This document shows positions 1 through 14,440 of a stretch of 64,000 bases of DNA, piece after piece; positions within the stretch are counted from its first letter, which is position 1, and the number at the start of each line of letters is the position of its first letter. The notes beneath the pieces were generated by a model, which worked only from the letters and a program-made list of their open reading frames with translations, ran no database searches and had not been told where the DNA came from. The position numbers were made by a program, and so were the translations under genes. Source of the DNA: Iphione sp. A-MEVVRFRX5 (lineage: Eukaryota); contig OZ320316.1 of assembly GCA_976226885.1 (NCBI GenBank), positions 77,004,001-77,068,000 on the forward strand, given 5' to 3'.

Positions 1-3000
1 TGTAATCTCCTGTATTGGCATCAATTATGCCTCTGTCAATTGCTTCTTCTCGGGAGAGTTCTTTCCCAGTTACTGGATCGACAACCTTCTGAATTTTATC
101 CATTTCATTTTGAGCCCTACTGCCGCCTATGATGAATTCTTCCTTGGTACGTACAGTGTCAATCACACGGCCCTTGATGAGATTTTCTTCGTATGCCTGG
201 CCGATGGAAATGGAGTCACCAGTCTCTCTATTTTGATACATGCTCCGGTCTTTGCTGATGATACCGTCGGCAATAGCTCGGTCAAGGTGTGCCTTCTTTC
301 CAGTGACGGGATGTATGACAGCCTCGACGGCCAACTTGATCTTCTCACGAATGATGACTTTCCTGAGGACTGGGGCATCACTGCCCGGAACCTCGGCCAC
401 TACCCCTTCACGGAGAGCCTCACGCAAGGGCCTCATCCTGTTGGAGACAGGGTCCACATAGCGGCCAGTAGGTCCCATTATGCCATGTTGTACAGCAGTG
501 AGAAGGTCTGTTGGTTCGCCACCATTAGGATCGTGCACCTCTGCAGATTTAGAGTCCAGGACACCTTTCTCTAGCGCCTGCTTCAACGTCATGCTCTGGT
601 CTGTCTGTGGGTCAACAAAGGTTCCCTTTTCCGTATCGACTAGACCCTGGCGAATGGCCCTCATCAGCGAGAGGCCTTTCTTTTGATCTACCCTTGACGT
701 TGTCTCCTGAACACGTGTGAATTCCAGGATGTCTCTATCTGGAGCATCTGAGGCAAGGTCGTCACTAGAGAGCAGTCGCTCACTGGATCTGGACCGAGAG
801 CGTTCACGTCTTCCCTTCTTAATGGCCTCCTTTACTGCCAATCCTGCCATGACGGGAGCACCAATCAAGGCAAGAAGGCCAAGTTTGGCCGCCTTTTGGA
901 TTGTCATCTTCCGACCAGTACTGTGCTGGATGAATTGGCCGGTTTTGGGATCCATTCTGCCTTCTCTAATCGCTTGTTCTAGTGACATCATCGTGAACGT
1001 TTCTGTGTCGTACAAAATAGACTCCTTATCGATAAACCCTTTATCCATGGCTTCCTGTAGGCTCATCTTTCGTCCTGTATTCGGATCAGTAAATACTCCC
1101 GTGTTTTCATCAAAGTAGCCTTTGGTGATAGCCTCTGTCAGCGCCATACTGGGTTGGGAGCTGTCTGTTTCTTCTGCTAACGCATCGATCATGTCTTGCC
1201 GGATAGCGTCGGTGATTGGCATATGGGTGCCTGTAGTCGGGTCTAGATAGGTGCCGCGTTTGATATCGATGAAACCCTTTTCCACCGCTTCAGAGAACGA
1301 CATGCTATGATGCTGTGAGGACCTTTTCTCGAGTGTTGTCTCTTCAGTAGTTATTACGCTCAGACCACCAGCAGGGAGTACAACGTAGCCTTTTCGGATC
1401 GCTGCATCAAGCGGCATAAGTACCCCTGTTATTGGCTCCATGAAGGTGTTCTGGCGAACATCAATGAGTCCCTCGGCGAGAGCATCTTCGAACCGCATAC
1501 CGTCGACGCCCTCCTCTGGTTGCTCTTCCACTTCAGGTGCTATGATGAAGCCATACTGTATAGCATCCAATAGAGTCATTACCTCGCCGGTGTAGCGGTC
1601 CGTGAATGTACCCGTCTTGGCATCGATCAAACCATCAGTGAGGGCCTCATTGAAGGTAACAGCTTTGGTGGGTTTTGGCTCGGTCTTCACAGTAACTGTG
1701 GGTTTCTCTTCAACAAGATAGTCTTCTCGTGACTCAAGTAGCCCGAGTTGCACGGCACGTCTGATGTCCATAGTTTCACCTGTTCGTGGGTTGGTGTACA
1801 TGCCAGTTCTTACGTCTATGTAGCCTTTCTCAATGGCCTCCTGAACACCCATTGTGTCTTTCCCTTTGATACCGTGCTCGGGAACCAGTCCCTCCAGACA
1901 AAACTCACTGAAGCTCATCAGCTTCCCTGTTGCAGTGTTTCGTACGTCGCCTGTGTTGGGATCAAGGATTCCCATCCGCATAGCATCAGTAAGGGTCAGG
2001 CGTTTACCTGTTGCTGGGTCGATGATGATGGAATCATTGGGATCCAAGAAACCAAAGTCAATTGCTTCTTTGATGGTCATCTTTCTATCTGTTCCAGGAT
2101 GACGCAGCAGACCAAGTGGAACAATTAGAAGGCCACGGGTGACTGCTTCATTCAGGGTTACTCTGTCTGGGACTGTCTGCCTAACCTGCTGCATTCTGGT
2201 CTCAATGAGATGAGCAATGTGCGAATCTATTAGGCCTTTCTGCCTGGCAGTGCTGACAGACATCCGCTCCTGGGTTGCTGTGTCAGTGATGATGCCACTC
2301 TCCCAGTTGATGTCAATTAATCCTCGGTCAATGGCTTCTTGGAAGCTTAGCTGATGGCCAGTTCTCCTATCCAGCACCTGTCCCTGATCCCATTCTCTTG
2401 TAATCTGTTCTTGCAGTGGATAATCCCCATGACTTCTCTGGTGTTCAGTGATTTTGATCGTCCGCTCCCCACCACTGACGGTGCTGGATTTTCTTACTTC
2501 TGTCTTCGTGATTACCGATGGTCCTGCATCCTTGGGCTTCTGCAGGCTGATCTCCACAGACAGTGGTTTGTCAATGACTTGGCCAGGCTTGGGCTGGACA
2601 CTTATGTCCACATCGTATGGCATGTGGTCAGGTTGCTTCTTAATTTGCATTTTGGTGACACTAACGGATGTATCGGGTTGGTCTTCCCCTCCTGGGTAAT
2701 ATTCCGTTGTCGCCGGAGAGGGTTTGATGGATGGTTGTGTAGGCCATTGTGCTTGTCTGATGGAAGCACTATCTTCCTGGCTAACAACCTCCTTAACCTG
2801 TCTTGTATGAGATGCCGATGTGACCTTCTGTGATGCTTTAAATCGGCCATCGTCCATTTCTACCTGAACGGGATGTATTTCACTTGTCATGTCGACCTCC
2901 TTCAAACCATGAGCTTCCTTGGCCATGTGGCCTTTACTAAGCAGCGAGGGTCTGTCTTTGAGTGAAGGCTCCAATGGAAGGACTTGGCCCTTTTCGGTAT

Positions 3001-6000
3001 GTGGAACCACAATTTTCTCGCGAAGATTGGCTTTCATGTCTGTCTTCTCCTTTTTCTCTTTTATAGTCTTAGTCAGTCGGCGGACACCTTCAGCGGCAGC
3101 CATCCCGGCCAAGACTGGAGCCCCGACAACTGCCAGGAGTCCCAATTTGGCAGCATCTTTTGCATTGATGCGTCGGCCTGAGGTTGGGTCCTTGTAATCA
3201 GCAGTATTTGCATCGATTAGACCTCGTTGCTTGGCCTCATCAATGGAAACCCGTTTTTTCATTACTGGGTCATACACTGTTGGTGCATCAGGGTCGATCT
3301 TTCCTTCTTTAATGGCCTGAGGCAATGGAATCTTGACACCTCGCTGCCAATCCATCACATACTCTGAGTCTGCACTGACCGCTGATTCAACCAAGCCAGA
3401 ATTGACTGCATCCCTCAAAGAGAGAAGTTTCTTGTGTGCTTGTGTGTCGATAAAATCACCTGTCTGTCCATCTACAATTCCCTGCTGGATGGCTTGGTGC
3501 ATGGTCAACCTCTGGCCAGAGTTTGGACTGACAATGACTGTTGTTTCTGGATTGATCACTCTCTGGTCAATGGCTTCTTGCAGCGTCAGTTGTTGTTTGG
3601 TGTGGGGATGGAGAACCCGGGCTGTATCTAGATCTAACATGCCACTAAGGATGGCATCTTCAAAGTTAACAGGTGACATTCGGGCTTCATTTCTAATAAA
3701 CTGCGGATCTACAGTGATATCCAGTTCCTTCAATCTATTTTCATTTACAAGTCCACTGTAGCTACTGACAAGGTTTTTCACCAAAGCATCCTGTAGGGAG
3801 ACACTTCGTCCTGTCTTGATGTCGACAATAGCTGCAGCCTTGGGATCGAGACAGCCACGGTTGATAGCCTCGTGAATTGTCATATGCTTTCCTGAGTTTG
3901 GTTCGATGAACCGACCAGTCCGGATGTCATATAGACCCAGTTTTACAGCACTATCAAATGACAGTCCTTTTGTTTCTTCCTGATCGGCTGGGGTGGTATC
4001 CATCGCTTCTTCTACAATGATGGTCTTTACTTCTGGCTCCACCAACTTGGTTGTCTGGATAGTCAAGGTTACAGTGTCTTCTTTGCTGTCGTCCTGTACA
4101 GTGCGTGCGGTTTCTACCACTTTGCTGTCACCTTCTATTGTCCTGATTTCTTCCTTCAGTTTTATTTCATGAGGATCGTGTGGGCGTGTCAAGCCTCTGA
4201 AAGGCATGGTCTCTGCCTTACGACTCAGGAGGTCAGCTGTCAGCTGGTCAATGAATCCTTCACGTACTGCTTCATGAAGTGGGATTTTCTCTCCAGTTCG
4301 GCCATCACGGACACAACCATTGGACCAGTCTGTTACAACACGTGCCTGCTGTGGGACAAACTCTTCAATCAACGGTTCTGAGCTCAAAGACGACCGTTCG
4401 GGCCCAAAGCCACGCTGCTTGTCACTGCTACTTGGATTCACAAGGCCCAACGCCATAGCCTCATCTATGGGGATTGTTTTGTTGTCCTTCGGGTTGTAGA
4501 AGGTCGTCTTGTCTTTGCTCAGCAGTCCCAGTTGTGTTGCTTGTGTTACTGATATAACTAGACCAGAGATCGGGTTCAAAACAGATACAATCTCTCCTGG
4601 CATTCCTTCCTTTTGGGTAGCAACCACATCACTGCGGAAGTGTTCCTGGGCTGTTGCTGCGACCAGCTCACCGACAATCAGACCCCGGTTTAGAGCTTCT
4701 GAGATGGGGATGGTTTCCCGTGTTTGTGCATTGATGTAGACACCTTGCTCCTCGTTAACGATGCCACGTCCATGGGCCTCCTGCAAGGTTATAATCTCTC
4801 CCGTTGTAGCATCTTTCACACCTGTGATTTGGAATTTCTTCGTGACTTCTGTCAACTCCTCATGAGCCATCTCGTCCAAGGCATCCAAATCATCGTCAAT
4901 GTGAATGCTGGGAACTCGTTCTTCATCTTCATCAACTTCTGTTTCTTCTAAGCCTAGCTCGACTTTGACAAGCCCTTTGTCGATGGCATCACTGATGGAC
5001 ATTACCTCTCCTGTTGCTTTGTTGTAATACTCGCCCTTACTTTTATCAATGACTCCTAGTTGTATCGCTTCGCTTGATGGAATTTCCATTTTGGTTACTG
5101 GGTGAATCACTGACTTTATGGTGTAGGTAGTGCTTCGAGAAGCAAGAATCCTGCTTTCAGCCATACTGTCAACAGGCTTTTGTGAACTGGATACAGTTGC
5201 CATAATCAGACCTTTTGAAATGGCATCCGTTACCATCATTTTATCACCGGTGACAGTGTTGACATACTGACCCTCACTCTGGTTCAGTATACCCCTTTTA
5301 ATGGCCTCAGTGACGGAGATCTGTTGTTTAGTGTTAGGGTCCATAACACTATGGATTTTGCAGGTTTGTGTCTCCTGTATGTACCGTGGACCCTTTGCCA
5401 TTGGTGAGGTGGTTATAGTACTGGTGGTAGCTATGACCAGTCCACGTTTGATGGCCTCTGAGATAGGAATTTGCTGCCGACGGCCATGAGCGTCACGGCC
5501 ATTATACCGCCCGTTGGCTTGATCAATTACCCCCTTCTTGAGAGCCTCAGCCACATCAATCATTTCACCCGTGGTGGGATCAATGGCGCCAGTGATGGTG
5601 AAGCTCTGGGTTTCCTTGATACCCATCAAACCGGCGGAAATGCCACTGTCATCAGGTTCTGCTTGAATGTATCCTGCTTCAATCGCCTCATTGATTGTCA
5701 ACACATCTGCTGAGGTCGGGTGTGTATAGGACCCACGTGCCTGGTCAAGAAGATGACGTCTGCTCGCACGATCAGGGTCGAGCCATTCGCCAGTGCGTGG
5801 ATCTAGCACCGATTTTATTATCATTCTTTTAACTTCAGCAATGTGTGGCACTTCCTTGGACTTATCCTTGTAGATGATGATGTGTGTCTTCAAGAGATCA
5901 TCCATAGTTTGGGGGACTTTTGTCCGTGGGTCAGTGAAGCGTCCCGTTGCATCAAGTAGCATTTTTTCTAGGGCTTCTTTCAATGGAAACTCTTTCTTGC

Positions 6001-8587
6001 TAATGGGATGTATGAAGTGGGCTATCTCTACATCAAGCAATTCACGATCAACGGCTTGCTCCAATGGCATTTCTTGGCCATTGGTAGGGTCGACGAAAAC
6101 ACCCGTCGCTGTAGCAAGCAGTTTCATAGCAATAGCTGTTCTCAGTGGAATGGGGAAGGTCACATCACCAGAGAATTCACTTTGTGCTGTTGTGCGAAGT
6201 TGGGACAATTTTGCTTCTTGTGTCGAGATGGCTTCAATGCCTTCCTCCGTACGGCGAGTATGGAAGTCCCGCCGCTCTGACCAGTGTACGTCTTCCTTTC
6301 CACCTTCAATATCACGAACATACTGATCAGACTCTTGCATTGTGACACGATCCTCAGGAACGATGGCTTCCAAGTCGGTCTGGCCTACGGGTACCATCGT
6401 GCCTCCCCTCATGTCACTTGGTATGGAACTCATAGTTGACAGGGTTTCTGAGTCCCATTCAGAAGCTGAGGAGAGGAGTAAGCCTCGTTGGACAGCCTCG
6501 CTCAGTAGCATGGTGTGGCCTGTTGCTGGGTCGCGGAAAGTACCCTGCTCCTCATTGACAATGCCCTGCCGCACCGCCTCAGCCACTGAGATGGCACGCG
6601 GTGGCTTGTCTTGAGCTTCTGACGGTTTAATCTGCGTCATGATCGTCTTGGTGGCCATAACTGCACTTGTAAGCCTCATGAGACGTTGTGCATCTCCAGG
6701 CTGCAGCAGTCCACAATCAACTGCTTCTTCTAGGGTCATTGAGCGGCCCGTTGTTGGATGTTTGACCTGGCCAGAGGACGGATCTAACAGGCCCCGTTTC
6801 AGAGCTTCCATTACACTGAGGTGACTACCAACAATATCTGTGAGACCTGAGTCACTCGAGAGCTGCTCTGCCAGCTCCGGGTCCACAAAGCCTCGTCGAA
6901 CAGCTTCCTCTAGTGACATCCTTCGTCCAGTTGTGTGATCAACGTAGGTTGCTGAGCCTGGATCGAAATAGCCTCGACTAATTGCCTCAGCCAAGTTGAG
7001 CGATTCATCAGTCACTGCATCACGGATTCCACGCTGAGCAAAGGTCACATCCTGGCTAAAGATCTGTGCCAGACCTTCATTGATAGCACCATGAAGGCTC
7101 AATCGCCGGCCACTCTTTGGGTCAACAAACTCGCCAGATGGGCTCACCAGTCCATAGGTGATTGCCTCTTGAAGGGAAAGCAGATCATTAGACCGTGGAT
7201 CAAGGATACACTTGAAGTCAAGATCAAGGATACCTTTCTCCAGAGCCTGCTGAAGTGTAAGTTTCCGGCCAGTATTCTGGTCTTTGATGACACCACCAGC
7301 ATCCATAATACCCTCTGTCAATGCTGTGTGTAGCGACATTGGCTGCTGGATGAGACCTCGTTGTTGGGCCTCATTCAGACCCATCGGACGTGTGGTGCGC
7401 AGGTCCACAAATACTCCAGTGTAGGGATTGATAATACCTTGATCAATGGCTTCTTGAACAGTGAGTTTTTCGCCTGTCACTGGGTGCAGCACCTCACGTA
7501 TACGTGGGTCGATGATTCCCCGATCTACAGCTTCCTGAAGGGTCACCTTCTCCCGCGATACAGGCTCGTAGAAGTGGCCACTACCAGGTATGTAGAGTCC
7601 TTTCTTCAGAGCGTCGGCCAGTGATAATGACACTGGAGCTGTGTCCATGTTGGGAACCCCGTAATATGCTTCTGACTGCGATGTGGATGAAGTGCGAATG
7701 CTGACATAGGAGAGAGTTTGCAGTGCCTCCTGAGAGATCACATGTCTTGCAGCAGCCTCCTCCAGGGTCATTACTCTTCCAGAACGGGGATCAGTTACCT
7801 GGCCTGAGAGGGGGTCATACCAGCCACGCTGCATGGTCTCCAGGATAGTGAGCTCTCGGCCAGTGGATGGATCTATCAGGCCACACTTGTGATGCAAGTG
7901 ACGGACCAGGTCCTTGTCTACATAGTTGAGCTTTGCTGCTTCAGATAGCGACATGGTGCGGCCCGTGCGTGGGTCTGAGAAGAGACCGGTTGTCACATCG
8001 AGCAGGCCGCTCTCGATGGCCTGTTCAAGGGACATCTTCCGGCCAGTCTTCGGGTTGAGTACGGCTGACACAAATACCACCTGGCCACGAGGTACTGTGG
8101 ACGTGGAGGAAACAGTTATCACAGACTGTACGGAATGGGGCAGAGTGACAGTCTCATCACGTGCGTCCTTTCCTTTACTGACCACTGAAATGCTAGTGAT
8201 GTTTGGCTGAACCTTGGGTGGTGCCATGGCTGAAGGTCCCTTCTTGGAGGGTACACTTGACACAGTGATGGTTTTGAAAGTCTCTATTGGTACGGCAGGC
8301 GTCTTCAGCCTAGCCTCCTGCTCTAGACTGTGCTGAGAGCTGCTCTTAGAGATCTGTACAATGCGGGCCCCACTTTGTACCTCACTGCTTGGAGTTACAG
8401 GGGCTGAGCTGCTAGTCGTCTTGGCTAGTATTACGCGACTCTGGAAGCTTGAAGACGGACTGAGAACTGGCCCATCTGTTGGGGACTTCAGCTGGATTCC
8501 AGCCCAGTCAATCTGGTCATCATCATCCAACATCCGCAATTCCGAACGGAATGTACGGATGCGAGGTATCACATCTTCCACTGCATA
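1..8587 (-). CDS. shot/MACF1/DST: Giant spectraplakin exon encoding plectin (plakin) repeats, truncated by the window edge (at least 2862 codons)
   Basis: Acceptor ttgttttcag|TAT GCA. The same frame reads plectin-repeat text near the start (VLNPKTGRKMSLEQAIESGLLD) and at the window edge (LSREEAIDRGIIDANTG). The ORF track reports no stop-terminated ORF in this frame, consistent with an open frame to position 1. Confidence 0.92.
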
Positions 8588-8866
8588 CTGAAAACAAGGA
8601 ATTCAGGTTGAAAATGACATACCTTTCTTAAATAGTTTAAGAAAGAGAGACCTTAAATAATGCTCATCCCGTCAAAATTTCTTCCAATAGTGTTACCAGG
8701 CAATATTTTCACGAAAATCAGTAGGTCCTACTACTGGTGGAAGTTGTAGTGTTGGACGTATAATTGGACCTTTTACAAGTGATATCTGACTTGTTTGCAT
8801 CAGAAGGAACTCTAGTAGGTTGACATACCAATCTAGGAGTCGAAGAAACAGTGAAATGACAATTAC

Positions 8867-9091
8867 CGGGAAGTAGAGTCCCGCAGAATCGTGAAGGTGC
8901 TTGAGCTGTCGGACACGGTGGTTCAACTCAGCGAGCAGCTCCATGTAACGTCGATTGAGCAGGTCTAAATCGTTACACACTGTGTCCACACCACTGAGCA
9001 TGCGAGGACGCTTCGTTTTGTGAGCAGCATCAAGGCTGGGATGTGTCTCTTCGAGACTCTTTCGGAATTGTTTGATTTTCTTTTCGTACAG
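8867..9091 (-). CDS. shot/MACF1/DST: Spectraplakin exon (end of plakin domain)
   Basis: LYEKKIKQFRKSLEETHPSLDAAHKTKRPRMLSGVDTVCNDLDLLNRRYMELLAELNHRVRQLKHLHDSAGLYFP; 225 nt. Confidence 0.92.
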
Positions 9092-11709
9092 CTGAAAAGC
9101 AAAATAGTATGACTCTGGTTAGACTAAAGTGTACCTTATTACGACATTTTGAATTGAAAAAATAAATAATCTATGGAGAAGATTTGAAAACAAGTAATTG
9201 TTTATATTTTCATGAATATATTGAAATGTTCTGAGAAGCATGTACGATGAGGAAGAGAATATATCAATCAGCTTCATCTTTGTTTTGGCAGATAATGGAA
9301 AATGTGAATTACACAAAAAGAATAACAATTAGAAATTAGCTTTGATAGGGCGGTAGAAGCATATTTGTTAAAAAATTACTTGTAAAGAAAAATAACAAAG
9401 CTTAACAAAATGTACTATGTATAATAAAAAAAATCGGTGCACACGAGATCATTACAAAGGTCTGGAAATGTCATGCAGAAGTCAAGACAAAGTGGTCCTC
9501 TGTTGTGGGTAAAAGTTTCGAATGGATTGTAAACGAAGAAAATAGTCAGCAGTCCAGCGAAGGCTGATGATATATACGGACGCATAGAAATAGACAAATT
9601 CCATTGTTAATGAACTCATAGAGAACATTTCCCCCATCATTGCAATACAGTATTTTACAGTGTGTCTGGTCTATGAAAGGGTAGTGTTTTCTTGGTGGTC
9701 TGGGGGCAGGGGAAAAGATACATGAAGTAACCCCAGTCAGGGCACCTGACCGCCAGTTAGTAATGAGCGGGACGTAGAGGTGCAGCAGGTTCAAGCAGGA
9801 AAAACACATTCCGTGCGAAAGTGAGTACTTAAACACACTAACACATGCAACATCATTTCCGAGACACCATCATGCTTCCTTCACAATAGCACACCAGGCG
9901 TTGGATTATTCAATTTTTTTTTTAACAGTCAGTGTGTCGTTAGAGAGGGAGCATTGTGTTAGAAGCGACGAACGTTTCATGGCCATGCAACAGTTACAGA
10001 CACGAATTCTAGAGTAGTTATGAGAATATTCGGTCAGAGGTCTTATGAGTTAGATACATCTAGACCGCCTCATGGTTTCACTGAAATAATATATCTAAGG
10101 ACGATTTAACATATTTCGAAAATTGTAGTTCAAAAGAAACATATGCCTCCTGGAGACAAAAAAATAGCATCTTAAATACACTTCAATGTATTAATTCAAG
10201 TGTCTCTCCTCTCTTCCTACAGAGACTACAGTCAAGGCCCCCACAGCTTTTTTTGGTAAGTTCCTTATCACAAATAATTTCCCCTTTTCGATGTTTAATG
10301 GTCGGAATAGGTTTGAAACTCATACGATCCTCTTTAAACGCGACGCGATATTAGAGGTTATCGCATTATCGGAATGAAATTACTTGACAAAACACAAAAC
10401 ATTATCTTCCTTTCCCATGAGTTTAACGCAAATTAAACATAACGTAGATGAGAACAGTAGGTAGGCATTGAGACACTCCACTATGAAGCAATTACTTACT
10501 TAAAAGCGTCTATAGTGGTCCCGCACAGACTTAAGACTGTCGACCACGCAAACATAGCAATGTCTGCGGTGGATGCTGCACGTTTTACAGTGAATGCTGT
10601 GAAGCAGTAACACACGCCGAACGGATATGCAGAGTAGGAAGAGGGGACGACGGCTTCACACCAACACAGAGACATGGGTTACGGCGTGAGGACAGCAAAG
10701 TCAACAGGAAGGGATTCAATGCAGAAATAATACAAGCAGGGTTGGTATATAGGTTGACTGGAGAAACGAGGAGTTGAGAGGGGGAAAAAAGGTGAAACCG
10801 CTGAAATGAGATAAGATCTACATTGCCTGTAAAGCAGGCACTTGATCAATGAACAAGACAATACACAAATATATACACGAGGCCAGATAAAAAAATAGTA
10901 CCTAAATGAAACAAAAGAAACAAATGGATTTGAAATAAAGGTAAGATTCGTCATTCACAGTAACAGTTTAAACAATTAGTGGTTAATTGCAGTCGTTGTT
11001 CTCTCCAATATACATGCGTTTCATGCTCTATCCGTTTATTTGTGAGCGTGAGATGATGCCAGTGAAATCTTTTGAAAAATAGTTAAGGATTATTAGCTGA
11101 AAGAGTGTCATTATTAGGGAAATACCATTACTATTTCAGGCGAGATTCTCCTATCAAGGCCTCTACAAACGTTCACAGCTGCCTCAACCCAAGTGGGGAG
11201 ACGGACGGTACGTCTTCACATTCGCCTACAGAGAGCGCAGCAATTGTAAATCAAGCAGTAGAGGTTGGGAAATGAAGAAATTAAATCATCCTCCTAGGTC
11301 AGGTACTGGAGCATCATTCAGGGATTTGAATCATAATCGATCATTTCGTAAGCAGCACAAGGGTCAGGGACACGGGGAGGTGAGCAGGTAATCACTATGG
11401 CAAAGAGCGTGGACACCCGCTGATAGCCAGGACAACAAAACACCGGCTTGAGCACTAACTGAGCATTTATAACCCACTGAGGTCAAATGCTACAGTCACG
11501 TCAGCACAGGAACATGTGGTAACTTGAAACTGCACCGTAAAAGAGACAAGCCGTGTCTTTGTCCTTTCTTTCCATGCCATGGCAACTGTTTTACTTGACA
11601 ACTGTGTCAGTTTCGACGTGGTGCTTCCAGTTGCTATAGCATTGGACCGTCGGGACGTGATTTGCAATGCAGTACGAAAAATGTCCTGCATCTTTCGTAA
11701 ATCGCCTAC

Positions 11710-11793
11710 CTTGGCTTCCTTGACGAACTGCCCACCATTCCGATTAAGCGCCTCGATCTGCGGTCGTCGCTCCTTGAGCTCGTTGTACAGCTC
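11710..11793 (-). CDS. shot/MACF1/DST: Spectraplakin exon
   Basis: ELYNELKERRPQIEALNRNGGQFVKEAK; 84 nt. Confidence 0.9.
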
Positions 11794-12122
11794 CTACAAA
11801 CAGGAGCACGTTGCTGTACATAGCAGTACATCCGCTCGCTAAATACTGCCCCCAAACTGATTTCTTATTAGAACTACCGTATACTCAGTTATGTACTCTT
11901 TCAAACATTTTTTTTCTGTTTAGAAACACATGTAACATCGTTTCGTAGTGATCATTGCAGAAGAAAATCTAATTACCTTTTAAGTATGACAACTAGAAAG
12001 TGTATTTTAACGATATTTTTACACAATAAATTCTCACTCCTACTAGTTACAAAAAAAGTGTAGTAAGCTGGTAGGTTTTAACTAATTACCGGAGCAAACC
12101 AGGAGTTTCTGGGTCTACTCAC

Positions 12123-12282
12123 CACGGTAGGCTCGACCATAGCCCGCGCGTCAGCACCATTGGTAGGTTGGGGCGGCAGGTCGCGGACCCGGCGCTGCAT
12201 CGACGACACCCACGGACCCTCCGTGCCCATGCCGTTTTGGTAGAGGGTCAGCAGGTCGAGACCATCGTCGGCGTTGCGTAAT
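12123..12282 (-). CDS. shot/MACF1/DST: Spectraplakin exon
   Basis: LRNADDGLDLLTLYQNGMGTEGPWVSSMQRRVRDLPPQPTNGADARAMVEPTV; bridges phase 2 to 0, so no exon is required inside the N gap. Confidence 0.85.
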
Positions 12283-12490
12283 CTGAAAATGGTAATGGAC
12301 CGGATGAGGAAAACAAAAAAAATGCAGAGTCGGCAAAACTGACGGGGAATATAGACGACCTACGTACATCCCAAGTTCTTGGATCAAATGAAACTTAGTG
12401 TGCATATTACCCTTTCTATAGGATAAATGGTAAAAGGACTAATTTACAATTCGCACATTAACAAGAGTGTGGACCTGTGAGGACTATTGT

Positions 12491-12642
12491 NNNNNNNNNN
12501 NNNNNNNNNNNNNNNNNNNNNNNNNNNNNNNNNNNNNNNNNNNNNNNNNNNNNNNNNNNNNNNNNNNNNNNNNNNNNNNNNNNNNNNNNNNNNNNNNNNN
12601 NNNNNNNNNNNNNNNNNNNNNNNNNNNNNNNNNNNNNNNNNN
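12491..12642. other. Assembly gap (152 N), intronic
   Basis: Run of N; the flanking exons join in frame without it. Confidence 0.99.
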
Positions 12643-13234
12643 ACCACCTTGATTGGCAGCTTCTTTTGGGGGTAGTTGGCTAGACTTGTTTAAGTCCTTC
12701 AGGTTTACAACTCTCGGTTCTGCCTGACCGGGCACAGCCCCCTTGGTTCTGCCTCACTGAGCACCAGACTGCTACAAACCCTTGGTTCTGCATGACTGAG
12801 CACTGAGTGTGTATGTATGTGCATTGTCAGACCTAGGAACCCCTGAACCAGGTATGTATGTTGGTAGGTGTGTTAGGAAAAGAGTAAAATTGGCATAATT
12901 TCACCTTCAAAATATTTGAATTACTACCAAAATTACCCAGTGCCATGGGGCCATATATATCAATATCATATATTAAAATCAGCTTTTTTGAGTGAAGGGT
13001 TTAAGACTTATAAGACCCACAAGAGTGTGACGGATGGTCGGGACACCAGCTGGCAGCATTCCTAATGTCCCCCCCTCTATGAGGCGGGGGACAATTAAAA
13101 GGCAAATTGAATACAATCCATGGGATTATTTTATCGAATAATTTATCTGGTTTGAATAGTGCCTGTTTTTCTTAAGTCTATACTGCAACTCTTCCTCTGT
13201 CAGGGATCAATGATACTCCTAAAAACGGACGTAC

Positions 13235-13428
13235 CTCTCCGCTGTTTGGATGTTGAGGTTCTCCCAGCGTGAGACCGTGGCGTCCACTTCCCGCTCGAGC
13301 CGCTGGACGTCTGGGTGTGAGCGCGCCATGCCCGGCCGACTGCGGGCCACTAACTGCTTGACGGCCATCATGTCCTGGCCAAGCTGGTTCACAGCAGGGC
13401 CAAGATGCTCCGTCTTCTCCACTAGGTC
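13235..13428 (-). CDS. shot/MACF1/DST: Spectraplakin exon
   Basis: DLVEKTEHLGPAVNQLGQD...HPDVQRLEREVDATVSRWENLNIQTAER; 194 nt. Confidence 0.92.
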
Positions 13429-13728
13429 CTGGGAAAAAACAAAGGGGTGAGAAAAAAAAACAGGTGACAACCTAGCCTGTGGAAGAACTGAAGTAAGTTG
13501 AATACTTTACACAAAAGTTTATGCTTTTGGTCCAAAAATATTTTGTGATGTTTTCTTAGGACGAGTAAGTGAATGTATGATACATGCAATTGAAAACATG
13601 GGTGGGCCAAATTTGAAAAAAAAAAGATCAATACACAAATCTATTCCACAATATCTACTCCGATAACCTTACACACGATATAGGGACCGCAACAATGAAG
13701 GAAATTATATCATGGCTGTTGAAAGTAC

Positions 13729-13867
13729 CTTCAGTTGGTACTGCATTGTTCGCAGAACCTCAACATTAGATGTCATGATGTCCTGAGATATCAGTTGTCT
13801 CTCGTAATCTGCCAGTGTGTGGTTGAGTTCATCGAGACTATTGAGTACAATCTCTACAGATTTTAAT
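13729..13867 (-). CDS. shot/MACF1/DST: Spectraplakin exon
   Basis: LKSVEIVLNSLDELNHTLADYERQLISQDIMTSNVEVLRTMQYQLK; 139 nt. Confidence 0.9.
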
Positions 13868-14273
13868 CTGGAGACGGGAGACGAAATTTCAAATTTTACT
13901 GACATTGCAAAAGTAACGATAAGTGGATCCAATTCAATATCCTTAGCAATGAACATTTCAAGTTTATATGAGTTACATGGTTTTAAATCAAAACAAACTT
14001 AAAAAAATGTATAGGAATACATCCATGACCGCAACATATGCCTACGCCTTATAAAGGCATCGTATCAGCCATTGCACATAATTTTAACATTATCTTGCAC
14101 TACATTTCGCAAGGAAAAGATTTCTGGTCTTCTGTTGTATTATACGTGTATTCTACTTCTGGTGCATATTCCTCCTCGAATCTTAGCCATCCATGGACCC
14201 TGTGGTCATGTATACTAGGCCAAACATATAATTATACAGCTCTGTCTTTGAGACTCTACGACAAAGGACGTAC

Positions 14274-14440
14274 CTCTCTACGTAGACGTGAGACATGGCC
14301 CACAGGTGGTCCCACTTCTCGACGACGGCACTGTAGCGGGCTTCCACCTCCGGTGTCCGCCGTGCGGGACTCATGCCTTGGTACATGTCCTGCATCTGCT
14401 CGATGGTGGGCTCCAAGCCCTGGAGACTATTCTCGAATTC
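14274..14440 (-). CDS. shot/MACF1/DST: Spectraplakin exon
   Basis: EFENSLQGLEPTIEQMQDMYQG...VVEKWDHLWAMSHVYVER; 167 nt. Confidence 0.9.

Noticed and set aside
110-8591. Numerous plus-strand ORFs of 60-160 aa
   Set aside because: They are antisense shadows of the giant minus-strand plectin-repeat exon and have no recognisable motifs of their own.
11184-11225. Possible alternative terminal exon (ANVKTYRPSPHLG*) after exon 11710
   Set aside because: The acceptor is plausible and in phase, but I found no clear poly(A) signal or other support, so it is not distinguishable from chance.
12444-12735. ORFs containing X runs
   Set aside because: Artefacts of the N gap.
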